Counted from the first letter of the stretch, positions 28,989-39,595 are shown. The stretch: DNA of 64,000 nucleotides from Clostridiales bacterium (GCA_018372435.1 JAHAJA010000003.1:130585-194584); one strand, 5' to 3'. Numbers and translations: made by a program. The notes: a model not told the origin generated them from the sequence alone.

Positions 28989-29945
28989 ATGAAAAAAAGG
29001 TGGGATAAAAAAGTAGTTGTAATAATGATAGCAGTATTGCTTATTGGTGTTACTTTGAGTGGATGCAATAAGAAGAAAACAGTGGATGACAATAGCATAG
29101 GCAAAGAATTGGAAGTAGAGGAGATAGTAAGCGAGAAAAAAGAAGAAGTAGATATTACGAATGATGAAAAGGAAAAAGAAACAGAAGATAACACAAAAGA
29201 TGAGATTGGATTAGAAGAAAACATACAGCAAGAAGAAAACATACAGCAAGAAGAAAACAGTGGGCCAGTAGAAGATATGGAACAAGAAAATACTATGGAA
29301 CCAGAAAAAGAAACAAGGAAGGTAATTGTTATAGATGCAGGGCATCAAGCAAAGGGGAATTCAGAGAAAGAGCCAATCGGACCTGGAGCGACGACTGAGA
29401 AACCAAAAGTAAGTTCAGGAACACAAGGGATTAAGACCAAAGTTCCAGAATACAAAGTGAATTTGCAGGTCTCATTGAAATTAGAGAAGATATTAACCGA
29501 AGCAGGTTATGAAGTGATTATGATTAGAACAACAGATGAGGTTAACATATCGAACTCAGAACGTGCAGAGATTGCCAATGATAGTAAGGCAGATGCCTTT
29601 ATACGAATACACTGTAATGGATCAGAAGATTCAAAGGTTACTGGCGCATTAACCATATGCCAGACGAAGGAGAATCCGTTCTGTGGAGAGGCATTATACA
29701 AAAGCTCATATACATTGGCGGGGGATGTACTAGATGCATTATGCGAAGAAACAGGTGCTAATAATCAAGGGATTATGGAGACTGATACCATGAGTGGAAT
29801 TAACTGGTGTAAGGTTCCAGTTGTTATTGTGGAGATGGGCTACATGACCAATGAAAACGAAGATAAACTTTTGAATACAGATAGCTATCAAAACCAATTA
29901 GCAACGGGAATAGCGAATGGGGTAATGAATTATCTAGATGATTGA
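28989..29945 (+). CDS. N-acetylmuramoyl-L-alanine amidase (Amidase_3 / CwlD-like) lipoprotein
   Basis: Lipobox LSGCNKK and an E-rich linker carrying the tandem ENIQQEEN repeat. The Amidase_3 core is VIVIDAGHQAKGN...VIVEMGYMTNENE. Confidence 0.8.
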   Translation: MKKRWDKKVVVIMIAVLLIGVTLSGCNKKKTVDDNSIGKELEVEEIVSEKKEEVDITNDEKEKETEDNTKDEIGLEENIQQEENIQQEENSGPVEDMEQENTMEPEKETRKVIVIDAGHQAKGNSEKEPIGPGATTEKPKVSSGTQGIKTKVPEYKVNLQVSLKLEKILTEAGYEVIMIRTTDEVNISNSERAEIANDSKADAFIRIHCNGSEDSKVTGALTICQTKENPFCGEALYKSSYTLAGDVLDALCEETGANNQGIMETDTMSGINWCKVPVVIVEMGYMTNENEDKLLNTDSYQNQLATGIANGVMNYLDD

Positions 29946-29965
29946 TACGAGAGGAGACATAAGAT

Positions 29966-31399
29966 ATGTTTTGTGTGAAATGTGGAACAAGTATTCCAGA
30001 AGAAAGTAATTTTTGCCCGAATTGTGGTGCTGAAGTTAAGAAAAGTAGTAGTGTAGAAGATAGTACGAGTTTACCTTTGATGGTAAGCGAACCAGTACCT
30101 CAGGTGCCGAACGAGTTAACATCACAGATACCGAACGAGCCAGTACCACAGTTGATGAATGATCATGTTGCAGCGACATTACCACAAGAGGAAGTAAAGA
30201 AGAAGAAAACATCGGTTATTGTTGTTTTAGTGTTTGCTGTAGTAGTTTTAGTAGCAATGTTAATTATGGTAATAATACTATTTACAAATAGAGATAAGGC
30301 AACTCCTAAAAAGGAGGAAGAAACACTCTATGTAACGAATGAGAATACTGTAGTGGATGCACAAGAAAAGGAATCAGTGATATCAGATGAAATCGATACT
30401 AATGTAGAAGAAGAAACGGTAGAGGAATCAGTTGTTGAGACCGAAGAAACTAAATTCATTAATATGATAAGGGCACTGAATGAATCAGATGCCACTCTTG
30501 AGAAGATAGATGTATTTGCTGAAAATTATGAACCAGAAGACCGAAAGAGTAGTTATCAATGGAATCCAAAATTATTCTATTCTTTGGAAGATATTAGCCC
30601 TGATAGTTACGAAGACGGTCTAATCAATGGATATATGATAGAGAAAAAGCAGTTATTAAACGCAGATACGAGTAATCTAATGGAATACGAGATTTATCGT
30701 AATCTGGAAACTGACACAGTGAATAAGATTGTAAGTATTGAATATAAGGAAGATATATTAGAAATTACAGATTATTATTATACAGACAATGGTAAAATAA
30801 ACTTTGTATTCGTAAGAGAAGATACCAATTATGTACCTTCTTATGCGATCCCTACTAAATCTGGTCGAAGGTACTATTACAACAAAGACACTATGGTGAA
30901 GTGGCGTATTGTAGAAGATGGAGAGCAGAAGAACTTTGTTGCAGGGAAAGAAGAAAAAGAGCGCGGAGGTAATTCTGGTAAGGTAATCTTATATAAGGAT
31001 TTAAGTGAAGAGAAACAAGCGAATTATAATAAGACAGAGAAGAAGATGTTAAATGCGGCATACAATACATATAAAATTGCACTAGAAGCACAGGGATTAA
31101 GTAACATCATAGGCTATGTAACAGATACATCAGGACAGCCACTTAACGGAGCAACGATTCACCTATACACAGAGGATTATGAAACAGAAGTATATAGATG
31201 CAATGTGGACACGGAGGGAAGATACGCAATTGTAATCCCATCGCAAGAGAGAGGTTACCGTATGGAAATAACGAAAGAAGGATATGTAACTACTGTGCTA
31301 TATGATATTCAACTAAATAAACAATTAATCGGCGTCTACCAAGAAACTATTTGTTTGGTTGAAGATAATATTAATACGGTTGTAATACCCAGTTGGTAG
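29966..31399 (+). CDS. Zinc-ribbon / single-TM protein with a carboxypeptidase-regulatory-like domain (N-terminal part of a probably split gene)
   Basis: CxxC...CxxC zinc ribbon (CVKCG...CPNCG), a P/Q-rich region, a TM helix, and a CarboxypepD_reg-like beta-sandwich (GYVTDTSGQPLNGATIHLYTED...). Confidence 0.65.
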   Translation: MFCVKCGTSIPEESNFCPNCGAEVKKSSSVEDSTSLPLMVSEPVPQVPNELTSQIPNEPVPQLMNDHVAATLPQEEVKKKKTSVIVVLVFAVVVLVAMLIMVIILFTNRDKATPKKEEETLYVTNENTVVDAQEKESVISDEIDTNVEEETVEESVVETEETKFINMIRALNESDATLEKIDVFAENYEPEDRKSSYQWNPKLFYSLEDISPDSYEDGLINGYMIEKKQLLNADTSNLMEYEIYRNLETDTVNKIVSIEYKEDILEITDYYYTDNGKINFVFVREDTNYVPSYAIPTKSGRRYYYNKDTMVKWRIVEDGEQKNFVAGKEEKERGGNSGKVILYKDLSEEKQANYNKTEKKMLNAAYNTYKIALEAQGLSNIIGYVTDTSGQPLNGATIHLYTEDYETEVYRCNVDTEGRYAIVIPSQERGYRMEITKEGYVTTVLYDIQLNKQLIGVYQETICLVEDNINTVVIPSW

Positions 31400-32127
31400 T
31401 CTGCGATGCATTCAATAGGGCTTATGAGTACGATGGAATGCTTCGTATTGATAATGCAACAATTAGGATTCGTAAGGGTGTTAATAACAAGTACGGAGAA
31501 ATCTATGGGAATGCTAAAACCGACTCTGATGGAATTGTATATATGCTTTTGAAGCCAGGAATGTATACTGTAGAGGTAAGTAAACCTGGATATGCAGTCA
31601 CGTATTATACCATAACGGTTGTACAGAACAATATGATGATTACGGTTAATACAACACCTATCTTAAATGATGGTGAAATACGAATTGTACTAACGTGGGA
31701 GGATACCCCAAGAGACCTAGATTCCCATCTATTTACACCATATGATAGCACCAGTGGAGATACCACATATCACATATGGTATGGTAACTCATGGAATAAT
31801 AACGCTAACAATCTTGATGTTGATGATGTAGACGGATATGGACCAGAGACGATGACCATTAACAACCTAGGAAATGGCTTATACAAATACTACGTAGCTG
31901 ATTATACAAATTGTAGCAATGGATATACAGACTCGGAAGAGATGTCCTACTCTAGCGCAACGGTAGATGTCTATAGTGCAGATGGACTTGTACAAACATT
32001 CCATGTACCAACCAATCGCCCAGGGGTAATCTGGGAGGTGTTCGAAATCAGAAATAAAACAGTTGTACCAATTCAGAGATATTATAATAATCTTGATAAC
32101 AAGACTTGGTGGAATAATGAGAAGTAG
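31393..32127 (+). CDS. CarboxypepD_reg-like domain plus DUF2135-like domain (C-terminal part of a probably split gene; annotated from a TTG start)
   Basis: Second CarboxypepD_reg-like domain (IRIRKGVNNKYGEIYGNAKTDSDGIVYMLLKPGMYTVEV) and a DLDSHL...LDVDDVDGYGPE motif. There is no ATG start and no RBS, and it overlaps the upstream ORF by 7 nt. Confidence 0.5.
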   Translation: MVVCDAFNRAYEYDGMLRIDNATIRIRKGVNNKYGEIYGNAKTDSDGIVYMLLKPGMYTVEVSKPGYAVTYYTITVVQNNMMITVNTTPILNDGEIRIVLTWEDTPRDLDSHLFTPYDSTSGDTTYHIWYGNSWNNNANNLDVDDVDGYGPETMTINNLGNGLYKYYVADYTNCSNGYTDSEEMSYSSATVDVYSADGLVQTFHVPTNRPGVIWEVFEIRNKTVVPIQRYYNNLDNKTWWNNEK

Positions 32128-32165
32128 TTGAGTTATATGGTGTCTGATACAGGGAGGAACAAGAA

Positions 32166-32957
32166 GTGATAAAAGATGTTAATATAGGATTTATAGGCTT
32201 TGGAAATATGGCGCAAGCGTTAGCAGATGGGTTTCTGTTTAAGAAAGTACTATTGCCTAGTCAGATTTATGCATGTGCAAGAAATTGGGATAAACTATGT
32301 GTTAATACGCAAGTGAAAGGTATTAATGCTTGTAAAACAGCCACGGAATTAGTGAATCAAAGTGATGTCATAATCATTGCGGTAAAGCCACAGATGATAG
32401 AAGAAATCATTATACCAATTAAAGACATTCTACAGGGAAAAATAGTGGTTTCTATTGCAGCAGGATATCAATTCGAAACATATGAGTCTTTGTTATTGCC
32501 AGGAACATCACATATAAGTACGATGCCGAACACACCGGTTTCAATCGGTGAAGGGGTTATCATTGCTGAAAATCAACATTCGTTATCGAAAGAAGAGTAT
32601 AATTTAGTAGATGATTTATTTTCGAAGATAGCAATCTTGCAATTAGTGGGTAGTAATCAATTATCGATAGCAGGGACTATTAGTGGTTGTGGGCCGGCAT
32701 TTGCAAGTATGTTTATTGAAGCATTATCAGATGCAGCTGTTAAACACGGTTTACCGCGTGACATTGCCTACAAATTATCAAGCCAAATGGTAGCTGGAAC
32801 AGGGAAACTACAAGTAGCAACAGGAAAACACCCTGGAGAGATAAAAGACGCCGTGTGTTCACCAGGTGGATCGACAATAGTTGGGGTAACTATGTTAGAA
32901 CGAAAAGGGTTCCGCTCAGCAGTGATTGATGCTATCGATGCTATAGAGATAAAATAA
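32166..32957 (+). CDS. proC: Pyrroline-5-carboxylate reductase
   Basis: NADP-binding IGFIGFGNMAQALADG and the ProC C-terminal dimerisation domain (CSPGGSTI). GTG start. Confidence 0.85.
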   Translation: MIKDVNIGFIGFGNMAQALADGFLFKKVLLPSQIYACARNWDKLCVNTQVKGINACKTATELVNQSDVIIIAVKPQMIEEIIIPIKDILQGKIVVSIAAGYQFETYESLLLPGTSHISTMPNTPVSIGEGVIIAENQHSLSKEEYNLVDDLFSKIAILQLVGSNQLSIAGTISGCGPAFASMFIEALSDAAVKHGLPRDIAYKLSSQMVAGTGKLQVATGKHPGEIKDAVCSPGGSTIVGVTMLERKGFRSAVIDAIDAIEIK

Positions 32958-33024
32958 TTCTGACTGCTAAAGTTTTAACTAATTCACGAGTAAACAAAAC
33001 TTATAAATATAAGGGGGAAATATT

Positions 33025-33795
33025 ATGATTAAAATTAATGATTCTGAAAGAAGTAATCTAAGTAAACTTTGTTCTATCAGAAAAGACGATAATTTACTAC
33101 AATGGTTTCTTGAAGGGAATCCATATTCTGCTGCATGGGTAGATGATACAATGAATCCAGAAGAAGCAATCATCATAGCTGCTGATTTTTGCTATCTCTT
33201 GGGGGAAGTCAAGCATCCTGCTGAAATAAAACAGACTTTGGAAGAGAATGCCCGTCATAAGATAATCATTCCATGTGAAACACATTGGGGTACATATTTG
33301 AATGAATACATGTCCAAAAAAGTCCGTTGTTGTAGTAGATATGCGATAAAACATGAACCTGATATTTTTGATAAGAATAACTTAGAGCAATTAATTAAGA
33401 AACTTAATCCTGTATATGAAATAAGACAAATAGATGAAGACATATACAAAGAAGTTCTTGGTATAGATTGGGCAGCTGACGGGTGTTGCTTTTTTAGGTC
33501 TTATGGGGATTTCAAGAAAAATGGCTTGGGATATGTTATATTAAAAGATGATCAAGTTGTATGTATTGCATCCTCGTATACTTCATACAAAAATACAATT
33601 GGAGTAACGATAGGAACATTAGATGAATATAGGAGACAGGGACTTGCAGCAGCTTGTGCGGCTACTTTAATCTTGGAATGTCTAGAAAGAGGTATCTACC
33701 CTGAATGGGAAGCATCAAATATGAATTCAGTGGCTTTATCAGAAAAATTGGGATACCATTTTGATAAAGCATTTGATGTCTATTCTCTCGTATAA
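33025..33795 (+). CDS. GNAT-family N-acetyltransferase (YitI/PF12746-like)
   Basis: C-terminal acetyl-CoA-binding region (RRQGLAAACAATLILECLERGIYPEWEASNMNSVALSEKLGY). Confidence 0.6.
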   Translation: MIKINDSERSNLSKLCSIRKDDNLLQWFLEGNPYSAAWVDDTMNPEEAIIIAADFCYLLGEVKHPAEIKQTLEENARHKIIIPCETHWGTYLNEYMSKKVRCCSRYAIKHEPDIFDKNNLEQLIKKLNPVYEIRQIDEDIYKEVLGIDWAADGCCFFRSYGDFKKNGLGYVILKDDQVVCIASSYTSYKNTIGVTIGTLDEYRRQGLAAACAATLILECLERGIYPEWEASNMNSVALSEKLGYHFDKAFDVYSLV

Positions 33796-33836
33796 ATTGC
33801 TACGCGGGTGCAACAGTAGGTGTCAATGTACTCATA

Positions 33837-33881
33837 GGACAAAGAAAAAGCTGAGATAAATACTCAGCTTTTTCTTTGTCC
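33837..33881. terminator. Perfect 19-bp-stem bidirectional terminator hairpin
   Basis: GGACAAAGAAAAAGCTGAG - ATAAATA - CTCAGCTTTTTCTTTGTCC. The arms are exactly reverse-complementary, with A/T runs on both sides. Confidence 0.8.
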
Positions 33882-34188
33882 TAGCACGATCATATAGAGA
33901 AGGGATTCCCGTACTTTTGTAATAGGATGCGTTGCTATAATAAGGACTGAAAAGTATGATGTTTAAGTATATCGCGTTAGGGGAGTATAATGTTTGTGTT
34001 AATAGTTGAGATTTATATGTAGAAGGTTGAAACATATTTAATAAACAATAAATTGTGGTATAAACTCAACGAATTAATCACAAACTAACAATATACTTGT
34101 ACTTATTATATAATACAACAATGCTGTTAGTCAACTTCTTTTGCATTTATTTTTATTGTATAATTGCCACTAGGAAGGTGAATACATT

Positions 34189-34527
34189 ATGGACATAGGA
34201 AATAGATTGGCCAAGCAAAGAAAAAAATATGGATATACGCAAAAACAACTTGCTGATAAACTGAACTTATCACAGCAAATAATTAGTAATATTGAAAGAG
34301 AAGCTTCTGCACCGGACATACATTTCCTAAAGGCAACCGCTGACTTATATAAAATTACGATCGATGAATTAATAGGTAGGGAAGCAGTTTATGAAACAAA
34401 AAGTAGTACGGAAAAGCAAATATTAGATGTAGTTAGAGAAATGAATGATTATGAAAAAGAATTGAGTTTAGGGCTTGTGAATCAGATCGTTCAGAATAGA
34501 AAAAAGAATAAGGAAAAGAATAGATAA
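34189..34527 (+). CDS. XRE-family HTH transcriptional regulator
   Basis: N-terminal Cro/C1-type HTH (RLAKQRKKYGYTQKQLADKLNLSQQIISNIER). Confidence 0.8.
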   Translation: MDIGNRLAKQRKKYGYTQKQLADKLNLSQQIISNIEREASAPDIHFLKATADLYKITIDELIGREAVYETKSSTEKQILDVVREMNDYEKELSLGLVNQIVQNRKKNKEKNR

Positions 34528-34640
34528 AAGCATTGCGATTTTTGATAAATTGCAATGCTTTTAGTAGTTATATATACATTGTACATGTTATAATGTATAT
34601 ATAATATAACAAAAATAACGTATGAACAATAGGTGAGAAT

Positions 34641-37600
34641 ATGATTTATAATAAAAACAACATGCAAGGAGACTTTGAGCGAGCAGCCTTGCAAGCGGGT
34701 AAAGAACTTTATGAGAATCATCGGGTTACCATAACACATTTTCAAGGCTTTTACTATGAAAACAGTACCGATATTGTATATGAAGTACATGCTAAGGTAC
34801 AAGGAGATTCAAAGAATGTAAACGAGGTTCAATTTCTTTTGCAGCATTCTTGCATCTCAGGTGAGAGATGTTGTTGCTCACAGAAAGAGAATAGCTATGT
34901 TCCTTATTGGGATCTTGCAAGAAGACGTTGTAGACATATTGCGGCAACCATGTTTGAACTGATGGATTACGTGCAAGAGCATCCTGATTGTATTGAAACA
35001 GACTGGAAAATGGCTAATATGATTATTGGCTATCAAAACGAATCCATAGCGAAAACATTGGTCTCTACGGATGAAAAGATCCTGCTAGAGCCTATTATAG
35101 AGAAGGATGGTGAGGAATACAGAGTACTTTTTAAAATCGGCAATAAGAAGAAGTATGTAATTAAGAATCTATACGAATTCGTTGATGATATACAATCAGG
35201 TGCGCAAGTAGCCTATGGGAAAGATCTAGAAGTGGTACATCATATAGACATCTTCGAAGAAAAAAGCAAAGAACTTGTGATTTTTATCATGGCAAAGGTG
35301 GCGGAGACGAGAACATTCTTAAACGAAATTAATTATTACAATTATGGTAGACTTCCAAAGAAACGCCATATCACGTTAACACCAAGTGTGCTTGATGACT
35401 TCTTTCAGATTATGGAAGGCGAAACAATTACAATGGTGGATAAAGAAGTGGAATCGAAGAAAGAGGGAACAAAACAAATCAAGTTGGCAAGTGAGAATCC
35501 TACGATACCAGTAGTGATTGATCGCTTTGGTTCTTCCGTATTATTTGGTGCTGAAGATTATAAGAAACCGATAGATTTTGCGGGTATTACCGTATCAGCT
35601 AAAATAGATGGTTATATTCAAGGAAAACAATATGCCTATGTCTTAATGGAAGACAAACTATATAAAGCGGAGGAAGATTTTAAGTATGTTATGCAATCTT
35701 TCCTTAAAACTGTTGATAAGAATGGCAAAGGCGATTTTATCGTGGGAAAATTTGTTGCTGGATTTTACCAACAAGTTTTAAATAAGATACGCACCTATAT
35801 CGATTTGCAAGAATATGATCATGAAGAAATTGCGGCAGTCCTTCCACCAGATCCAGTATTTGAAATCTATATGGACAAAGTGGAAGAGAATGTATTCTGT
35901 GAGGTAAAGGTTAGTTATGGAGAAGAGTCTTATAATATATACGATGAGTGTGAAGCGCATCAAAAAATATGCAATCAAACAGAGGAATTTCAAGTAGCAG
36001 CAGTCGTGAATCGTTATCTACCATATCGAGATGAGAAGCAGATGATGAATCATTGTGGAAATGATGATGAAGTGATTTATCGTTTGCTAGATGAGGGAAT
36101 CGAAGACTTAATGCAATATGGACAAGTATTTATCTCAGATGTATTACAAAGAATGAAGATAAATGCAAGTCCAAAGATTTCGGTTGGTGTATCTATAAAT
36201 CATAATCTGCTAGATTTAACCATTGATTCTAGTGAAGTTGATTTTCATGAATTACAGGAAATATTAAGTAGCTATCGAATGAAAAAGCGTTATCATAGAT
36301 TAAATAACGGCAATTTCCTTCAATTAGAAGACAATTCATTAACTGCTCTTAGTGAATTAATGGAGAGTACGCATCTGTCGGTCAAGGATTTGACGAAAGG
36401 GAAGTTGCATATACCAGCTTATCGTGCCCTGTATTTGGATAAAATCTTACAAGAGAGCGAGGGAATCCATTACGCTAGGGATAAAAAAGTGAAGGAAATG
36501 CTTCGAAACTTCAAGGCTATTGAGGAGAGCGAATTCAAGATTCCAAAAGAGTTAGAAGAAATTCTACGTCCGTATCAAAAAGTGGGATATCAGTGGCTGC
36601 GTACGGTGGAAGCGTATCAATTTGGTGGAATCTTAGCGGATGATATGGGACTTGGTAAAACAGTGCAGATGATTGCAGTTTTATTAGCAGCTAAGTTAGA
36701 AGGAAAAGGGGGGACAAGTCTCATCGTTTGTCCAGCATCCTTGATCTACAACTGGGAAAGCGAATGCCATCAATTTGCACCAGATTTACAAGTGAAAGTG
36801 GTAGCAGGAACGGTAGATGAACGTATGAACTTATTGCGTGATGTAATCGAAGAAAAGGAAAAGGTGGATGTTTTAATAACCTCTTACGACTTGTTAAAAC
36901 GAGACATTAACCTGTATGAAGCTATACCATTTTTATATGAGATTATAGATGAAGCTCAATACATCAAGAACCAGACGACTAGGGGAGCGAAGGCGGTTAA
37001 GATCATCAATGCCAAGACAAGATTTGCCTTAACAGGAACGCCAATCGAAAATCGCCTAAGTGAGTTATGGAGTATATTCGACTACTTAATGCCAGGATTT
37101 TTGTATCGCTATGAACAGTTCAAGAAAGAGATGGAAGTACCAATTACAAAGCGACAGGAAGAAGATGTAACGGTAAGACTTAAGAAAATGGTTGCGCCAT
37201 TTATCTTACGACGATTAAAGAAAGATGTATTAAAAGACCTCCCAGACAAATTAGAGCAAGTTACGTATGCTAAGATGGCAAAAGAACAACGTTCCATCTA
37301 TGAAGCGTATACCGAGAAGGTAAGAGCGGGGTTAACGGGGCAAAGTCAGGAAGAGTTTGCTTCTAGTAAACTTAAAATCTTAGCTGAATTAACTAAACTA
37401 CGTCAAATCTGTTGCGATCCAACCTTACTATATGAGAACTATGAAGAGGAATCGGCAAAACTAGCAACTTGTATGGAATTACTTCATAACGCTGTTGATG
37501 GCAACCATAAAGTACTGTTATTCTCGCAATTTACTTCCATGCTTTCTATTATAGAAGAACGTTTAAAGCAAGAAGGAATTACGTATTATAAGATAACGGG

Positions 37601-37961
37601 AGCAACGAAGAAAGAAGAGCGAATTCAACTGGTAAATAGGTTTAACGAAGATGACACGACAGTATTCCTAATCTCCTTAAAGGCAGGAGGAACGGGGCTT
37701 AATCTAACCGGCGCAGATATTGTAATTCATTTTGACCCGTGGTGGAATGTAGCAGCACAAAATCAAGCAACTGACCGTGCGCATCGAATTGGACAAAAGA
37801 ATGTAGTAACGGTATTCAAACTTATCATGCAGGACACTATCGAAGAGAAAATCATCAAGATGCAGTTGGCTAAGAAGGACCTTGCGGATCAGATTATTAG
37901 TGAGGATACGAATCAGTTGCAGAATATGACGAGAGAGGATTTTGAAGAGTTGCTTGGGTAG
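34641..37961 (+). CDS. SNF2-family helicase with N-terminal SWIM zinc finger (YwqA/RapA-like)
   Basis: SWIM CxC...CxH near the N-terminus (CCCSQKEN...CRHIAATMF). SNF2 ATPase motifs LADDMGLGKT, DEAQYIKN and LTGTPIENRLSELWSIFDYLMPG. Helicase-C motifs FLISLKAGGTGLNLTGADIVIHFDPWWNVAAQNQATDRAHRIGQ. Confidence 0.9.
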   Translation: MIYNKNNMQGDFERAALQAGKELYENHRVTITHFQGFYYENSTDIVYEVHAKVQGDSKNVNEVQFLLQHSCISGERCCCSQKENSYVPYWDLARRRCRHIAATMFELMDYVQEHPDCIETDWKMANMIIGYQNESIAKTLVSTDEKILLEPIIEKDGEEYRVLFKIGNKKKYVIKNLYEFVDDIQSGAQVAYGKDLEVVHHIDIFEEKSKELVIFIMAKVAETRTFLNEINYYNYGRLPKKRHITLTPSVLDDFFQIMEGETITMVDKEVESKKEGTKQIKLASENPTIPVVIDRFGSSVLFGAEDYKKPIDFAGITVSAKIDGYIQGKQYAYVLMEDKLYKAEEDFKYVMQSFLKTVDKNGKGDFIVGKFVAGFYQQVLNKIRTYIDLQEYDHEEIAAVLPPDPVFEIYMDKVEENVFCEVKVSYGEESYNIYDECEAHQKICNQTEEFQVAAVVNRYLPYRDEKQMMNHCGNDDEVIYRLLDEGIEDLMQYGQVFISDVLQRMKINASPKISVGVSINHNLLDLTIDSSEVDFHELQEILSSYRMKKRYHRLNNGNFLQLEDNSLTALSELMESTHLSVKDLTKGKLHIPAYRALYLDKILQESEGIHYARDKKVKEMLRNFKAIEESEFKIPKELEEILRPYQKVGYQWLRTVEAYQFGGILADDMGLGKTVQMIAVLLAAKLEGKGGTSLIVCPASLIYNWESECHQFAPDLQVKVVAGTVDERMNLLRDVIEEKEKVDVLITSYDLLKRDINLYEAIPFLYEIIDEAQYIKNQTTRGAKAVKIINAKTRFALTGTPIENRLSELWSIFDYLMPGFLYRYEQFKKEMEVPITKRQEEDVTVRLKKMVAPFILRRLKKDVLKDLPDKLEQVTYAKMAKEQRSIYEAYTEKVRAGLTGQSQEEFASSKLKILAELTKLRQICCDPTLLYENYEEESAKLATCMELLHNAVDGNHKVLLFSQFTSMLSIIEERLKQEGITYYKITGATKKEERIQLVNRFNEDDTTVFLISLKAGGTGLNLTGADIVIHFDPWWNVAAQNQATDRAHRIGQKNVVTVFKLIMQDTIEEKIIKMQLAKKDLADQIISEDTNQLQNMTREDFEELLG

Positions 37962-38187
37962 GGAATTTCCACTGTCTAATGCTATTAGCCATCTGCTGGA
38001 TAGTGAATGGGAATAGAGTTATTTAGCAATTAAATAATGATCATAAGGAAAGGCATCTATGATAATGAAATTCCTCAAATGTTATGTTTTATCATGCATT
38101 CAGGAGGAATTTCAGAAGATAGATGTTTTCTATTTAAAAATAATTATTATAAGTCTTTAGGTAGGATTCAATTAGAAAGGAAGAACA

Positions 38188-39408
38188 ATGCAAGGATATA
38201 ACTGTATAATGGTATACAACGAAAAACGAGATAAACTATTATTTTGCAAGCGAATAAAAGAACCATACAAAGGGTTATACAACTTTGTTGGAGGAAAAAT
38301 AAATCCAGAAGAAGATGGATTTGTAGCAGCATATCGCGAACTATATGAGGAGACGGGAATCAGTGAGAAGGAGATAGAACTGAATCACATGATGGACTTT
38401 ACTTACTATAATCAAGACTGCTATGTAGAAGTCTATGTGGGATATCTGAAGTGGGAAGTTGAATTGAAGGTGGAGATCCATCCCTTATACTGGCTAGAAT
38501 TGAATGAAGACTTCTTCAATACAAGGAGATTTGCTGGTGAAGGCAATATTGGTCATATGGTAGAACAGGTGGTGCAGTTTGGAAGCGGTGTTAGTGGAGA
38601 GCGAGATTCAGATAGGGTCTCCATTAATAAGGATAATTCTTTGACTACAAAACCGTTACCGGGTGAAGATATGTATCAACTAGGAACCCTTGATAAGAAC
38701 AGCTTATCAATAGGAGTAGATGGCTGTAAGGGCGGTTGGATTGTAGCAAGTATAGACAATGGTACATTAAAGATTGAGAAGAAGACTTCAATAGAAGAAA
38801 TCGTCACAGACTATTCAGGATTTGATAATTTCTTAATCGATATGGTAATTGGCTTACCAAGTAACAAAGACCAAATCAGACCAGATACGTATGCGAGACA
38901 GATTATAAAAGAACGTACATCCACCATATTCCCAGTTCCATGTAGGCAAGCAGTCTATGCAGAAAGTATAGCAGAGGCATATGAAGAAAATGTACGTGTT
39001 CTAGGAAAGAAATTCACCCCACTTACGGTTGGAATTATGCCAAAGATGCGAGAATTAGATACCTTCTTACAAGAACATGAAGAGTATAAGAATGTAATTC
39101 TAGAAAGTCATCCTGAGGTATGCTTTGCACGTCTGAATGGAAAGACGGTACTATCAAAGAAATCGGAGTACGAAGGATTGGTTGAACGTGTACAGATTCT
39201 GCAAAAGTATTTACCCCAACTGAATGCGAATGATCTAATGCAAATGGCAAAGCAAAATCGTTGCAATGTGGACGATATTGTAGATGCAATTTGTTTGGCT
39301 GTAACTGCAAAACTAGCAGAACAAGGGTTATGCGAGGTTATACCAGAAGAACCGATGATAGATGAGACTGGACTTAAGATGCAGATGGTGGTTGGGAAAG
39401 GCATATAA
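38188..39408 (+). CDS. NUDIX hydrolase fused to a DUF429 (predicted RNase-H-like) domain
   Basis: Nudix box GGKINPEEDGFVAAYRELYEETGI at residues ~34-57. The C-terminal ~240 aa begin GVDGCKGGWIVASIDNG, the hallmark start of DUF429 proteins. Confidence 0.65.
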   Translation: MQGYNCIMVYNEKRDKLLFCKRIKEPYKGLYNFVGGKINPEEDGFVAAYRELYEETGISEKEIELNHMMDFTYYNQDCYVEVYVGYLKWEVELKVEIHPLYWLELNEDFFNTRRFAGEGNIGHMVEQVVQFGSGVSGERDSDRVSINKDNSLTTKPLPGEDMYQLGTLDKNSLSIGVDGCKGGWIVASIDNGTLKIEKKTSIEEIVTDYSGFDNFLIDMVIGLPSNKDQIRPDTYARQIIKERTSTIFPVPCRQAVYAESIAEAYEENVRVLGKKFTPLTVGIMPKMRELDTFLQEHEEYKNVILESHPEVCFARLNGKTVLSKKSEYEGLVERVQILQKYLPQLNANDLMQMAKQNRCNVDDIVDAICLAVTAKLAEQGLCEVIPEEPMIDETGLKMQMVVGKGI

Positions 39409-39595
39409 GAAGGAATTCAATAATTAGTGTTGCTATCTGAGTATTTATATTGAGATACTGTTTTAGTTATAAATCTCCTTATAAAATATAAGGGAGGTAC
39501 TCGATGGGGGGAGCAATTACCAAGTTGGATATTCCAGAGTGTATCTAATCTACTATCAGCACTGAGTGTTGCGTTGGGGCAAATACAACTAACAT

